Below, one piece after another: positions 37,858 to 50,529 of a stretch of DNA of 64,000 nucleotides. Below the pieces are notes generated by a model. That model did no database searches. It saw only the letters and a list, made by a program, of their open reading frames with translations, and was not told the DNA's origin. Numbering within the stretch: position 1 is the stretch's first letter; each line of letters opens with the position of its first letter. Origin of the DNA: Octopus vulgaris (lineage: Eukaryota); the NCBI GenBank assembly GCA_951406725.2, contig OX597820.1, positions 112,158,001-112,222,000 on the forward strand, given 5' to 3'. The position numbers were made by a program, and so were the translations under genes.

Positions 37858-38678
37858 AATTGGATGAAGTGGTGAAGCACGACCTTTGAACTTTGGGCCT
37901 CACCGAGGAAATGACTAGTGACCGAGACTTTTGGAAATATGCCGTGCGTGAGAAGACCCGGCAAGCCAAATGAGACCATAATCTCATGGCCTATGCCAGG
38001 GGCGTTACCAGCCCACTTATGCGCACCTTTTCCTTCTTTGCACACTAAAACTCTGCTTGCATAGCTATTGAGTATGAAGTTTGCTTCCCAACTACCTCTC
38101 AAGGCAAGTGAAATCAATCAAAAATCAAAAATCAAAACCAAATTCGATGACTGGTGTCCGTGCTAGTGGGGTGCAAAGAGCACCATACGAGTGTGATCAT
38201 TGACAGAGTGGCTAACTGGCTTCTGTGCCAGTGGCACTGAAAAGACACCATTCGAGTGTGATCGTTACCAGCATCGCATTACTGGCACTCGAGCCCTGTG
38301 CTAGTAGGGTATTATAAGCACCATCCGAGCGTGATCATTGCCAGAGCGGCTATCTGGCCTCCATGCCAGTGGCACATAAAAGACACCATTTGAGCATGAT
38401 CATTACCAGCATCGCCTTACTGGCACCCATGCTGGTGGCATGTGTAAAAGATTCGAGCGAGGTCATTGCCAGTGCAGCCTGACTGGCCCCAAGCTGGTGG
38501 TACGTAAAAGCACCCACTACACTCTCGGAGTGGTTGGCGTTAGGAAGGGCATCCAGCTGTAGAAACTCTGCCAGATCAAGATTGAAGCCTGGTGCAGCCA
38601 TCTGGTTTGCCAGCCCTCAGTCATACGTCCAACCCATGTGGGCATCGAAAGCGGACGTTAAATGATGATGATGATGAT
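37858..38678 (+). mobile_element. RTE LINE 3' end with internally repeated 3' UTR
   Basis: ORF end WDEVVKHDL, repeated CACCATTCGAGYGTGATC units, and a (GAT)n tail. Confidence 0.85.
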
Positions 38679-39631
38679 GTTTGACTACAGGTGAGCTCAA
38701 CCAAAGGACTGACTTTGGGTAAAACAGAGGATGGTTGCTTCTCAATTTTCAAGGATATATTTTTTAAGTGAACAATGTCTACAAGCAAAGACATTTATTA
38801 TTAGATATCTTTTGCTAAGTTTCTCTCCATAAAAGTTTATTTGTTTGTTACTATAATTATTCATATGTGGTTTTTCAATTCTCATAATAGACCACATAAT
38901 ATAGATTAATTTATAATACAATAAAACTTGCTCAGTATTCTAGTTGGGTCATTGAAAGTTAGAGGATGGGAATGGTCACAGGGTATCTTTGTGAAGAATG
39001 AAAGAAGGTAATGATGAGGTCAGGCTAAATGTGACTGAGTGCAGGAGTTCTGAGTCCTGTACACATATGAACTGGGAAGAAGGGTGAGGGTGGAGGGTGA
39101 AGCTGCTATTTCTATTTTATTTTATTTTTATATTTTTAAATCCTATTGTTTTGCAAACAAGGATGCCACCATGCTCAATGCCATCAGATGTAGCAATGTG
39201 CTGAGACCCATAATCCTCTCACCCACCAAATTTCAAAATTTTATTTTTCAGTTAGGAAATTTGTAGCATTTTATTGAAGAAACAAGACACACACACACGC
39301 ACACGCAAAAGAAATGAATAAAATTATTTACTTTGCTTATGTCATATGTGAAAACATCAGTTTTCAACTAACCACTGAAACTAAGTAACATTGAGTCTAA
39401 TTAAAATTAAGATGTTTGGGAAAAATGGGTGCAATAAGCAAAACCATTAATGGTGGTGCCCCAGCATGGCCACACCTGGTAGGAAATGGGTAAAAAAGTA
39501 AAAGTGTATGATCAATTGAAAGTCTATATTATTGAGGGCTGTTACTTTCAATGCACACACAAGATAGCAAACTGCTGCTCAGCATTTAACCTGGCATGCC
39601 AATGAGTCAGCCAACCTTAATAATAATAATG

Positions 39632-39683
<52 letters not shown>

Positions 39684-40075
39684 TAACCTGAAGACTAAAA
39701 CAATACCTGTTGTCATAGGTGCCCTGGGAATGATAGCAAAAGGGGCTGATTGCTACCTAACTCAGATACCAGGAAACCCCAAAATGGCAGAGATTCAAAA
39801 GATAGTGCTCATGGGAACTGCTCATATCCTACGCAAAATACTTTCTATGTAATCTCAAGTTTTAAAACAAACATAATTTTTGTATGTTTTTTTTAGACAT
39901 TCACTAGTATAACACTATGTACAAAACCAAATATATGGCACGTTAGGGTTAGGGTTAGGGTTAAGGGTTAGGGTTAGGCATAACACCAACACGAACTTCC
40001 AACTTGTTGTCTCTTGAGGTCTCTGGGTGAGACTTAGAGCCAGTTTGTGTAAATGTAAAGAAAAAGTCAAACATA

Positions 40076-40076
<1 letters not shown>
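39684..40076 (+). mobile_element. Dong/R4-like non-LTR 3' end inserted in (TAA)n
   Basis: Reads NLKTKTIPVVIGALGMIAKG...IQKIVLMGTAHILRKILSM*, the C-terminus typical of RLE-type elements. (TAA)n lies on both sides. Confidence 0.75.
39943..39978 (+). repeat. Interstitial telomeric repeat (TTAGGG) x ~6
   Basis: TTAGGG x3, TTAAGGG, TTAGGG, TTAGG. Confidence 0.9.
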
Positions 40077-40134
<58 letters not shown>

Positions 40135-40138
<4 letters not shown>

Positions 40139-40249
40139 CACTTTCCATACAATAACCATCAGAGCATCACAACAAATCACAGCACATACCCAAGGCACAC
40201 AGAGCTGCGCTCGGTAGTGAAGTGAAAGCACGCTATAAAAATAAAACTA

Positions 40250-40251
<2 letters not shown>
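40135..40251 (+). mobile_element. Second short (TAA)n-embedded 3' end, probably another Dong/R4-like family
   Basis: About 115 bp of unique sequence between two (TAA)n tracts, with an A-rich end. Confidence 0.5.
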
Positions 40252-40314
<63 letters not shown>

Positions 40315-40925
40315 CAACAGCTTTTGATTTTGGCACAAGGCTAGTCAGGTTGAGGGAGGGGACTTGTTGATTACATAACCCCCAGTACTTGACTGGTACT
40401 CATTTCATTGATCAAAGAGGGATAAAAAGATAAGTTGACTTCAGCAAGACATAGACTCAGAATGAATGAGTAACACAAAATACCAGAAAGCATTTTGTGT
40501 GACACTCAGACAATTCTACCATAATAATAATTGAACAAAAGAAAAAAAAAAGAGAAGTCAAGCAAAAAGCAAAAGAGGCCTAATGACTAAAATGAAATAT
40601 TTCTATGCAATAATAGCCAAAACTTCCTTCCAAAAATTCTTCAGTATTTTGTGTCTTTGGTGTGTAAACCGACACTTGAAATCTGTGTTATGAAGTGGTG
40701 GGGAAATAGTTGCAGTAAAATTAAACTTATTTTGTGGGGTGGGGAGGAGAGAAAACTAGGTAATTTTGGACTTGAATGTTAATGGGTCAGCTAAATTCAA
40801 CAGAGACTTAATCACTTTAGACAATTGTCTCTAATTAATTTTTGGCTCCAGTGCCAAGAACTTTCATCTATATATAAATAAATGTCTGTACATTTGTCTT
40901 TTGATATTATCTCTTTCTGTCTCTC

Positions 40926-40967
<42 letters not shown>

Positions 40968-41529
40968 TCTTTTAATCTTTTACTTGTTTCAGTCATTTGA
41001 CTGTGGCCATGCTGGAGCACCACCTTTAGTCAAAGACATTGAACCCAGGACTTATTCTTTGTAAGCATAGAACCTATTCTATCAGCCTCATTTGCCAAAC
41101 TGCTACGTTTCGGGGATGTAAACACACCAACATTGGTTGTCAAGCAATGGTGAAGGGGACAAACACAGACACACACATGTAAGTATATACATACAAACAC
41201 ACACACACACACACACATATATAAACATAATCAAAGAATCAGCAGCAGTTGCTTCACCACATACTGAAATTTATATATATATATGACTGGCTTCTTTCAG
41301 TTTCTGTCTACCAAATCCACTCAAAAGGCTTTGGGTCAGCTCAAGGCTATAGTAGAAGACACTTGCCCAAGATGCCACTCAGTGGGACTGAACCCAGAAC
41401 CATGTGGTTGGGAAGCAAGCTTCTTATTATAAAGACACTCCTGCACCTATATGTATATTTCTATGTATGTATGTATGTATGTATGTATGTATGTGTATAT
41501 TTATATATATACATATATATATATATCTT

Positions 41530-42650
<1,121 letters not shown>

Positions 42651-42737
42651 TTATACATACATATATATGATATATATATATATATATACATACATACATA
42701 CATACATACATACATACATGCATACATACATACATAC

Positions 42738-42809
<72 letters not shown>

Positions 42810-42879
42810 CATCATCATCATCATCATCACTTAATGTCCATTGTCAGTGTGTCAGTGTGTCACACTCCTTTAACTTTAC

Positions 42880-43200
42880 TCCTAGAGGCTGCTGCCCAAC
42901 ATATCATACCATTTTGGAATCAGGCGAACTCTATGAGTAAATTACAAACATTCCAGGCTGAATTTGGACCTGCAATCCTGAAATTTTAGATTCCCAAGTT
43001 TCCATAACTGGGATTATTTTTGGTGAATTTTTTGGTGACATTTTGCAACAAATTTTTTTGTACGATAACAATTTTTATAATCTAAAGGCTAACTCTGTGA
43101 GAAAATTAAAAGCATTCCAGGCCAAATCCAACCCTGCAATCCTGAAATTTTGGATGCCCAAGTTTTCATTGCTGTGATTGTTTCCTGCAATTTTTTTACA
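42880..43200. repeat. Diverged tandem duplication, period ~164 bp
   Basis: CATTCCAGGC...CCTGCAATCCTGAAATTTT...CCCAAGTTT occurs at ~42948 and ~43112. Confidence 0.75.
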
Positions 43201-43467
43201 TGATCTTTTTTGTGACGAATTCTTTTGTACAATAAAAGTTTTTATAACTTGGAAATAAATTTTGGGAATAATCGATTATTTTCGGTGATTTTTTATGTGA
43301 TTTTCTGTGATGAATATGATCAACATTTGGGATTTGACTGGAAGAAGCAATTGCAACAAACTCTCCAAACAAGTCAGAGATTTGTTTGCAGATCTTCCCA
43401 TTTAGGGTCAGTTGCTTAAAAGCTGCCTGATAAGGTGGCTTGTAAGCTAGTATGAAATATATATTAT

Positions 43468-43843
43468 GGAACTCCACCGGTTACGATGACAAGGATTCCA
43501 GTTGATCCAATCAGCAGAACATCCTGCTGGTGAAATTAAAGTGGAAGTGGCTGAGCACTCCACAGACATGTGTACCCTTAACGTAGTTCTTGGGGAGATT
43601 CAGCATGACACAGAGTGTGACAAGGCTGGCTCTTTGAAATACAGGTACAACAGAAACAGAAAGAAAGAGTTAGAGAAAGTTGTGGTGAAAGAGTACAGCA
43701 GGGTTCACCACCACTCCCTGCCGGAGCCTCATGGAGCTTTAAGTGTTTGCGCTCAATAAGCACAACACTGGGTCTGGGAATCGAAACTGTGATCCCACCA
43801 CCACAAGTTTGCTGCCCTAACCACTGGACCATTGCACCTCCAT
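43468..43843 (-). mobile_element. tRNA-derived SINE family D; related pieces at 28365-28490, 45792-45914 and 54075-54352
   Basis: Head GGAGGTGCAATGGTCCAGTGGTTAGGGC and B box TTTCGATTCCC; the body GCGAAAACACCTAAGCTCCACG is shared among copies. Confidence 0.8.
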
Positions 43844-44019
43844 GTAATATATCTACACACACACACACACATGGATGAAAACAGTTTGATCCATATGTAT
43901 GGACTGGTAATTGGCAGTCCTGCTCATGGGGTTGGTTGGTAACGGTGACCTTGGTGCAGGCAGTGCAGAGTAGCAGCTGGTGCTAAGGGGGTATATATCC
44001 AGGTCGCCGGCAGTCAGAA

Positions 44020-45760
44020 ACCTGAAATTTGTCAGAAGGGCATATCTCCGTTGATAGCAATACAATAAATTGTATTTCTTGTTGATGGATATTGTGTCAG
44101 CTGAATATGGTGGCACTCTGTCAATCATAGTCCACTTGATACTGAGTATTTCATCTCAGAAATTATGGAGTCTCCAAAGAAAATGAGACAGAGAAGTAGA
44201 GTTCTCTCTGTTCCTAGATAGAGTGCATATGATGGGAGTATCTTCCCTTGAAGTCATTAGTTGTCATACCTGTATAGTACCTAGTAATGCTATCGGATGG
44301 TGTAAGGCTGGCTCTGTAAACTGCAGTTCTTGATAGGCAAGATGCTTCTAGAGGGCACATAGTGGGGTTTTGACAGTTGTGGGTTGGGGCTGGGGATGTG
44401 TGGGTGCATTTTTACATTGGTTGATGTGTGTGATGTTAGATGCGATGTTGTCTAAGCAGAAGTAGCTCACTTTGACATTATGGTGGTTGAAGAGTTTGTA
44501 ATACTTATGGCCTCTGGAGAAGTGTTTCTCAATTAGTGACAGGAAGCCCCTAGCTATGTTGCTGGAAACTTCTATGTTGAAAGTGGGAGTTATACCATTT
44601 AATTTTCCTTTTCCTAATCCTTTTGGGGTGAGGAGAGAGTGTTTGAGGGTTGTCCACATATGTGAGTTTCTCAGTAAACCCACTCCTAGCCAAAGCATTG
44701 TTGTAGTGGGCCCATTAAAGTGGCCCTGTTAAAGATCTCTCTATTAGTCGAGAGATTAGATATCATTTACTAATGCCTGGTACCAGGTTTCTAATTACAG
44801 CGGGGGGATGATTTGAGCTCTTGTGGATGTATACTGTATCCTTGATAAGCTTCCTGTATGGGTAATACTTACCTGTACTCAGGTCTAAGGTTATGTCCAA
44901 GAAATCGACCATAGTCAGGTTGGTGGTAACCATTATGGACAGGCTGAACTGCTTAGATATTTTTATTAAGTCCTTCCTGAACCTGTCCATGGTGTGGCCA
45001 TTCATATGGCTTGAGATAACTAGGCTGTCGTCCCCATAGAAGGCTGACCTATGTGGGTGGGTATGTCTCTTGAGGGTATCCAAGATGTATAACCCAACGA
45101 GATCAGCAATTTCAGCTCCTTCAAAGGTCCTCATAGAGAGGTCAAACAATGGGTTACCTTTTTTCACCCAGAAGGAATCATTGTGGGCCAGAATTGACTT
45201 TCTGGCATTCACGATAATTCTGATCTCAATGCTGGTGTATTGCTCAATTAAAGTTAAGGCCTTCAGAAGAAGGGGCTTAGATAAGGAAGAGTAGAAGTTG
45301 ACAATGTTGAACTGGGTGAATTTACAGGCTGATTTATTCTTGATACTGCAGAACCAGTCGACCACAGCTGTGCTGGAATTCCATTGAGTCGACCCCGTAG
45401 CTCTTCTGGTATTGGAGTTGATAGTATTGCGAATATGTTTGCTAAAAATACCTATCTCACTTTTAGAGGAGTTGATCACCCTGCATCTAGGATTGGAGTG
45501 GAAGTTAGGCTTATGGTCCTTAGTATAATACAGGGGTGGTCACGTGGTGAGGTAGTCCACACAATCCTCTATATTAAGGTGGGTGGCTAGCTCCTTTGCT
45601 TCCCTGTGTGTGTCATTGTATGTTTTGGTGATGGCACTTGTAAGAAATCTTGAGTGTGTGGAAGTGTTCATTTCATAAATATTCTTTGTTTTGTCCATGA
45701 GGGTGTGTATGTTGGGTGATACTTTAATGCTGCTCAAATTCATTGGTACTCTTGTTGAGT
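44020..45760 (-). mobile_element. Penelope-like element (RT plus GIY-YIG), decayed, possibly Naiad-type
   Basis: RT: FNIVNFYSS, MRTFEGAEIADLVG, FYGDD, VDFLDITLD, HKSSNHPP. Endonuclease: CPLEASCLSRTAVYRA...YYTGMT..FKGRYSHH at 44220-44360. Confidence 0.85.
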
Positions 45761-45923
45761 TTATATATATACATATATATACATATACATATATCACCGT
45801 GATCACCGTGACCGACCAGGCTAGCAGACGTTGCTACACATCGCTAGTCACAATGTGCTTTGCATTGTTTTAGCCTTTAAATGATGCCACCCCACTGGCT
45901 AAGCGAGCAGGCCAATATATATA

Positions 45924-46778
45924 CATGGTCTGATCAATAAGTATTTGGACTGTTGCCATAGTAATGCAGCTCAAGCATGCAGGGTGAAGTTGCTTGGCAC
46001 AGATTGACCTTGAACTCTGCTGTACATGCACACTAAGTTTTAGCATTCTAGCTCACTTCTACTGTTCACAGCAGTGCTTGGAAGGAACGTATGTAGTGTG
46101 TGATTGTTGCATTGACCATGATGAGCAGAGAATCTGCATCAAATTTTGACAAAGGCTTGGTCATATCTGCTCAGAGGCCTATGCAAAGTTTTCAAAAAGT
46201 TTTCATCATTCTCAACACAATCAAGGAATTCATGTGCAACTGAAATCCAAGTGTCTTTTTGGTCAGTTAAAAGCAGTTTTGGCACAAAATTGGCAGATAC
46301 ATGTCTCATACCCAAATCTTCAGTGATAATGGACAGAACTGAATCATAACCAATCTGCACATCCTCTGATAACTCATGGATGGTGATTCAATGATTTCCC
46401 CTCACAGCTGCACACACATCTGCAATATTTTTCACAGTTCTGCTGAAATGTCAATAGTGATGTTGATCACTATCAACATTTTACGACCATCTTGGAAATA
46501 TCTGAACCATTCATATGCTTGTGTGCAGCTTGTACACTCCTCTCCATATACTTTCTGCAACTTTGAGTTGGCACGACAACTTTCTCTGTCATGGTCAATG
46601 CGACAATCACACGCTACACACCTTCCTTCCAAGAACTGCTGTAAACAGTGGAAGTGAGCTAGAACGTTAAAACTTAGTGTGCATGCACAGCAGAGTTCAA
46701 GGTGTGCCAAGCAGCTTCACTCTGTGTGCTTTAGCTTCATTACTATGGCAACAGTCCAGATATTTATTGATCAGACCT

Positions 46779-46780
<2 letters not shown>
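45924..46780. mobile_element. Mariner-derived foldback element with ~200-bp inverted repeats
   Basis: 45924-46121 is inverted to 46589-46780. Minus-strand remnants read LQKVYGEEC..YEWFRYFQDGR and DLGMRHVSANFVPKLL. TA lies on the left flank. Confidence 0.85.
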
Positions 46781-46809
<29 letters not shown>

Positions 46810-46813
46810 CATA

Positions 46814-48271
46814 TCTATAAAAGGGAGGATGTGTGTGCGCGTGTGTGTGTACGTGATTGTAATTTATGGACATCCACAAATTAGCACGCATGTCGCTCAA
46901 ATTTTAGGAGGACATTTGTCAACATCCTATCTGGGTTATGTCAACTTATTATTTTCCCGTGGATAGGATAAAAATCTATTTTCAACCATTTTCAACCATA
47001 GCTTTTAAACATAACAAATATCAGCCATTGCTGTTTGATGGCGTCTAACAAAAAAAAAATAAGATAAAGAAAAGTGGAAGAAGGAGGCAGAGAGTTTCAC
47101 GGGAAAAACAAAGTGAGAGAGGGAGAGAGAGAGTAAGTGACTATGTTCATAAAAAATAAAATGTAAAATGTTTTGTTTTTGAAAGGCACACTATATTTTA
47201 TAACCATACTATATATACTTTCTCTCACAATTACAATATATTTATTTAAAATCATTTATTTATTTTAAATCGATCATTTTTCTCCCCCACTCTCTCTCTC
47301 ACACACATTACTTTGGGTGCGAAAGAGTTTTGTTTCTATATTACGCCGAGTAAAAAAGTGTTTTGTTGACAATCCATTTATTTAACAACAAAGAAACAAA
47401 GAGGAGAGTAACAATTTGTCAGTGAATTACACACTATAAATGGGTACAATTTGCGAGGCTTCCACCACACCCCACTCCGTTTCACGGACCACAAAAAGGG
47501 TTTTGAGGCCAGAGTGGTTGATTCCATGCAAAAAAGCTGATTTGCTTTCTTAGTGAAAATTGTGCGAGTGTTAATCTACAAATTTAACAACATTTTTTCC
47601 ATTCATTTCTGTTTATGAACATGTATGCGTGCACAAAATATGCAATAGGTGTACATACGTATGTGTGTGTATGTGTGTTCGTATCTGTTGCCCGTATATA
47701 TTTATATTATATTATATACTAGCAGTATCGCCCGGCGTTGCTCAGGTTTGTAAGGGAAATAACTATATAAGCATTTTTAGAGAGTTATAGCAAAAAAATA
47801 GCAAAAAAAATGCATTAAAAATGGAAAAAAATTATGGTAAATTTTTGTTTAAATCGTTGACTCATCGTAGACATTTTCTGTTTTGATGTCTTCAAGCCAT
47901 GAAGTCGTTGTTCTAAAAGAACGCTGGTCTCCTTGACAACGCTTTACGACGTTGATTTCCTTACACTCCCTTCCCCACAGCTTCACGAGGGAGGGAAGAA
48001 GGGGGAGAAGCAACACAGCTGCAGGCGTTAGCGTGGACGCCAACTCCGCCGCCATCGACACACGAAAAAATATGCATTAAAATGGAATAAAAAAATGATG
48101 TTAAATTATTTTTAAAATCGTAGACGCGCGCTAATACCCAGACGGGCTCGATATGAATCACGACTATAAGATACCCGAATTTGGTTAAACTGCACCGCAA
48201 AATGTGGGAGTAGTTAGGAATCTAAATCGAAGGGGACAGACACTCACACAACTACAGTTTTATATATATAG

Positions 48272-48334
<63 letters not shown>

Positions 48335-48457
48335 ACTAATTTCAACGGATTTTGCCCAAATTTGACGTCTATATTACTTAGTTTGGTTTGAAATAAAGAA
48401 CTTGATTAGCTTAATAATCGTAACTTAATCCCGGGCAAGGCCGGGTTATACTGCTAG
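46814..48457 (+). mobile_element. Non-autonomous Helitron
   Basis: 5' A|TC at 46814. 3' hairpin CCCGG-gcaagg-CCGGG (48430-45) followed by CTAG|T (48454-57). Confidence 0.65.
47719..48272 (-). mobile_element. Second non-autonomous Helitron nested in opposite orientation
   Basis: Minus strand starts TCTATATATATAAAACTG and ends GCAACGCCGGGCGATACTGCTAG. An internal ~55-bp duplication occurs at 47806 and 48066. Confidence 0.75.
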
Positions 48458-48483
48458 TATATATATAATGTACATATATATAT

Positions 48484-48764
<281 letters not shown>

Positions 48765-48827
48765 ACTAGATACTGAATCAGCAGCTCAACCACTCAAATG
48801 TAGATGCGATATATCTTGACTTTGTGA

Positions 48828-50520
48828 AGGCATGTTGCTTAGTGGTTAGGGTATTTGGCTCACAAATGTAAGGTCATAAGTTCAATTCTTGGCAACACAT
48901 TGTGTCCTTGAGCAAGACACTTTGTTTCACATTGCTCCAGTCCACTCAACTGGAAAAAATGAGTAGTACCTGTATTTCAAAGGGCTAGCTTTGTCACATT
49001 CTGTCAAGTACTGGGGGTTAATTTAATTGATGAGCTACTCCCACCACATAATGCTTATTTATTCACATTATTTTAAATTACTCAGGCATTATCTTGTAGC
49101 TTTCAGCTTTCAATGATGTGACTGTTCATTTTTAGAATTACATTGTTGGGTAGGTGTGAGAAGCTGGATTTGTTCAATTTGAACATAAATCAAGAAGAAT
49201 ATTTAGGTCAAATATGGCCAGTTTGAATCTTAAAGAGTTAAGGGTGGTGGATTGACAGAATTGTTAGAGTGTTAGACAAAATGTTTTGTGCCATATTTTC
49301 TGGCTCTTTACATTCTGGGTTCAAATCCTGCTAAGTCTACATTGCTCTGCATTCTTTTGAGGTCAATACAACAAAGTAGCAGTCAAGTATTTGAGTACTT
49401 TGGTTGATGTAATCGACTAATGCACTCCAAAATTGCTGGCCTTGCACCTAGTTAGAAACAATAATATGTAAGAGCAGTGATTGACAGAATCAGTAGAGTG
49501 GTGGACAAAATGCCTTGCAGCATTTCGATGCCTCTCTTTATGTCCCTGAGTTGAAGTCCTGTTGGGTACAAGTTCACCTTTGGAGTCTTCTGAGGTTGAT
49601 AAAATAAAGTACAAGTCAAAAGTTGGGGTTCATTTATTTGCATCAGTATTAGAAATTTTTTTACTTTGGTTTAGTCTTTAAGAAGGTGCTAAGCCCATGG
49701 CCTTCACCATAGACATAGAGATATACACAGTATTTGGCTGACTGTGAGTAAGCACTACTGAAAATCCACAAAAGGCCAAAATGCATCTTATGCTATAATT
49801 GGTCACTATTGTGTTCTTAACACATCAAGTCCATCAGAGGTGTTATCGCAGGACAAATACTGCAGTAACTAGCTTATTGACAGTGTATATATATTAAGAA
49901 TGATACATAGATGGCTATTTTAAATTAATACTGCCTCATTTGCGTATTCCAGATAATCATCATCATTATTATTATTAATTTCCTCCAGCTCTTTATATTC
50001 TGAGTTCAAATCCTGCAGAGATCAATTTTGCTTTGCATCCGTTTGAAGTTGATAAAATAAAGTACCATTCAAGTATTGGGGTCAATATAATTGACTAGCC
50101 CCTCCCCTCAAAATTGCTTGTCTTGTGCCAAAATTAGAAAGTCTAAAAGGTGACAAGCTGTCAGAATCGTTAGCATGCCAGACAAAATGCATAGCAACAT
50201 TTCCTCTGGCTTTACTTTCTGAGTTTAATTTATATCTTGATTACATTGATCCTCTCCTAAACTGACAAGCTTTGTACCAAAATTTGAATATTATTATTAT
50301 TAGGATGGTGGACTGGTAGAATTGTTTGCTTCAGAAAGACATGCTTCTCAGTGTTTGTTCTGACTCTTTACATTCTCAGTTCAAATCCAAACTGGGTTCA
50401 ACTGTTCCTTTTGTCTCCCCAGAGTCAATAGAACAAGGTACCAGAGAAACACTGGGACTGATGGTACCAACTAATACCTTCCTATCAAAATTGCTGGCAT
50501 TGTGCCTAAATTAGAAACTA
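48828..50520 (+). mobile_element. Cluster of at least six same-orientation old SINEs (families C and A)
   Basis: GTTCAAATCC boxes and GATAAAATAAAGTAC bodies recur at ~49320, 49550, 50005, 50220 and 50380. Confidence 0.7.
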
Positions 50521-50529
50521 AGTTGCTGA

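Noticed and set aside
38160-38470. CRISPR-like repeat-spacer pattern
   Set aside because: The repeats are degenerate, the spacers are related to each other, and the array lies in an RTE 3' UTR of a eukaryote with no cas genes.
45880-45915. HDV-like ribozyme suggested by GGCTAAG
   Set aside because: I could not build the nested double pseudoknot. The segment appears to be the reverse strand of a SINE 3' part.
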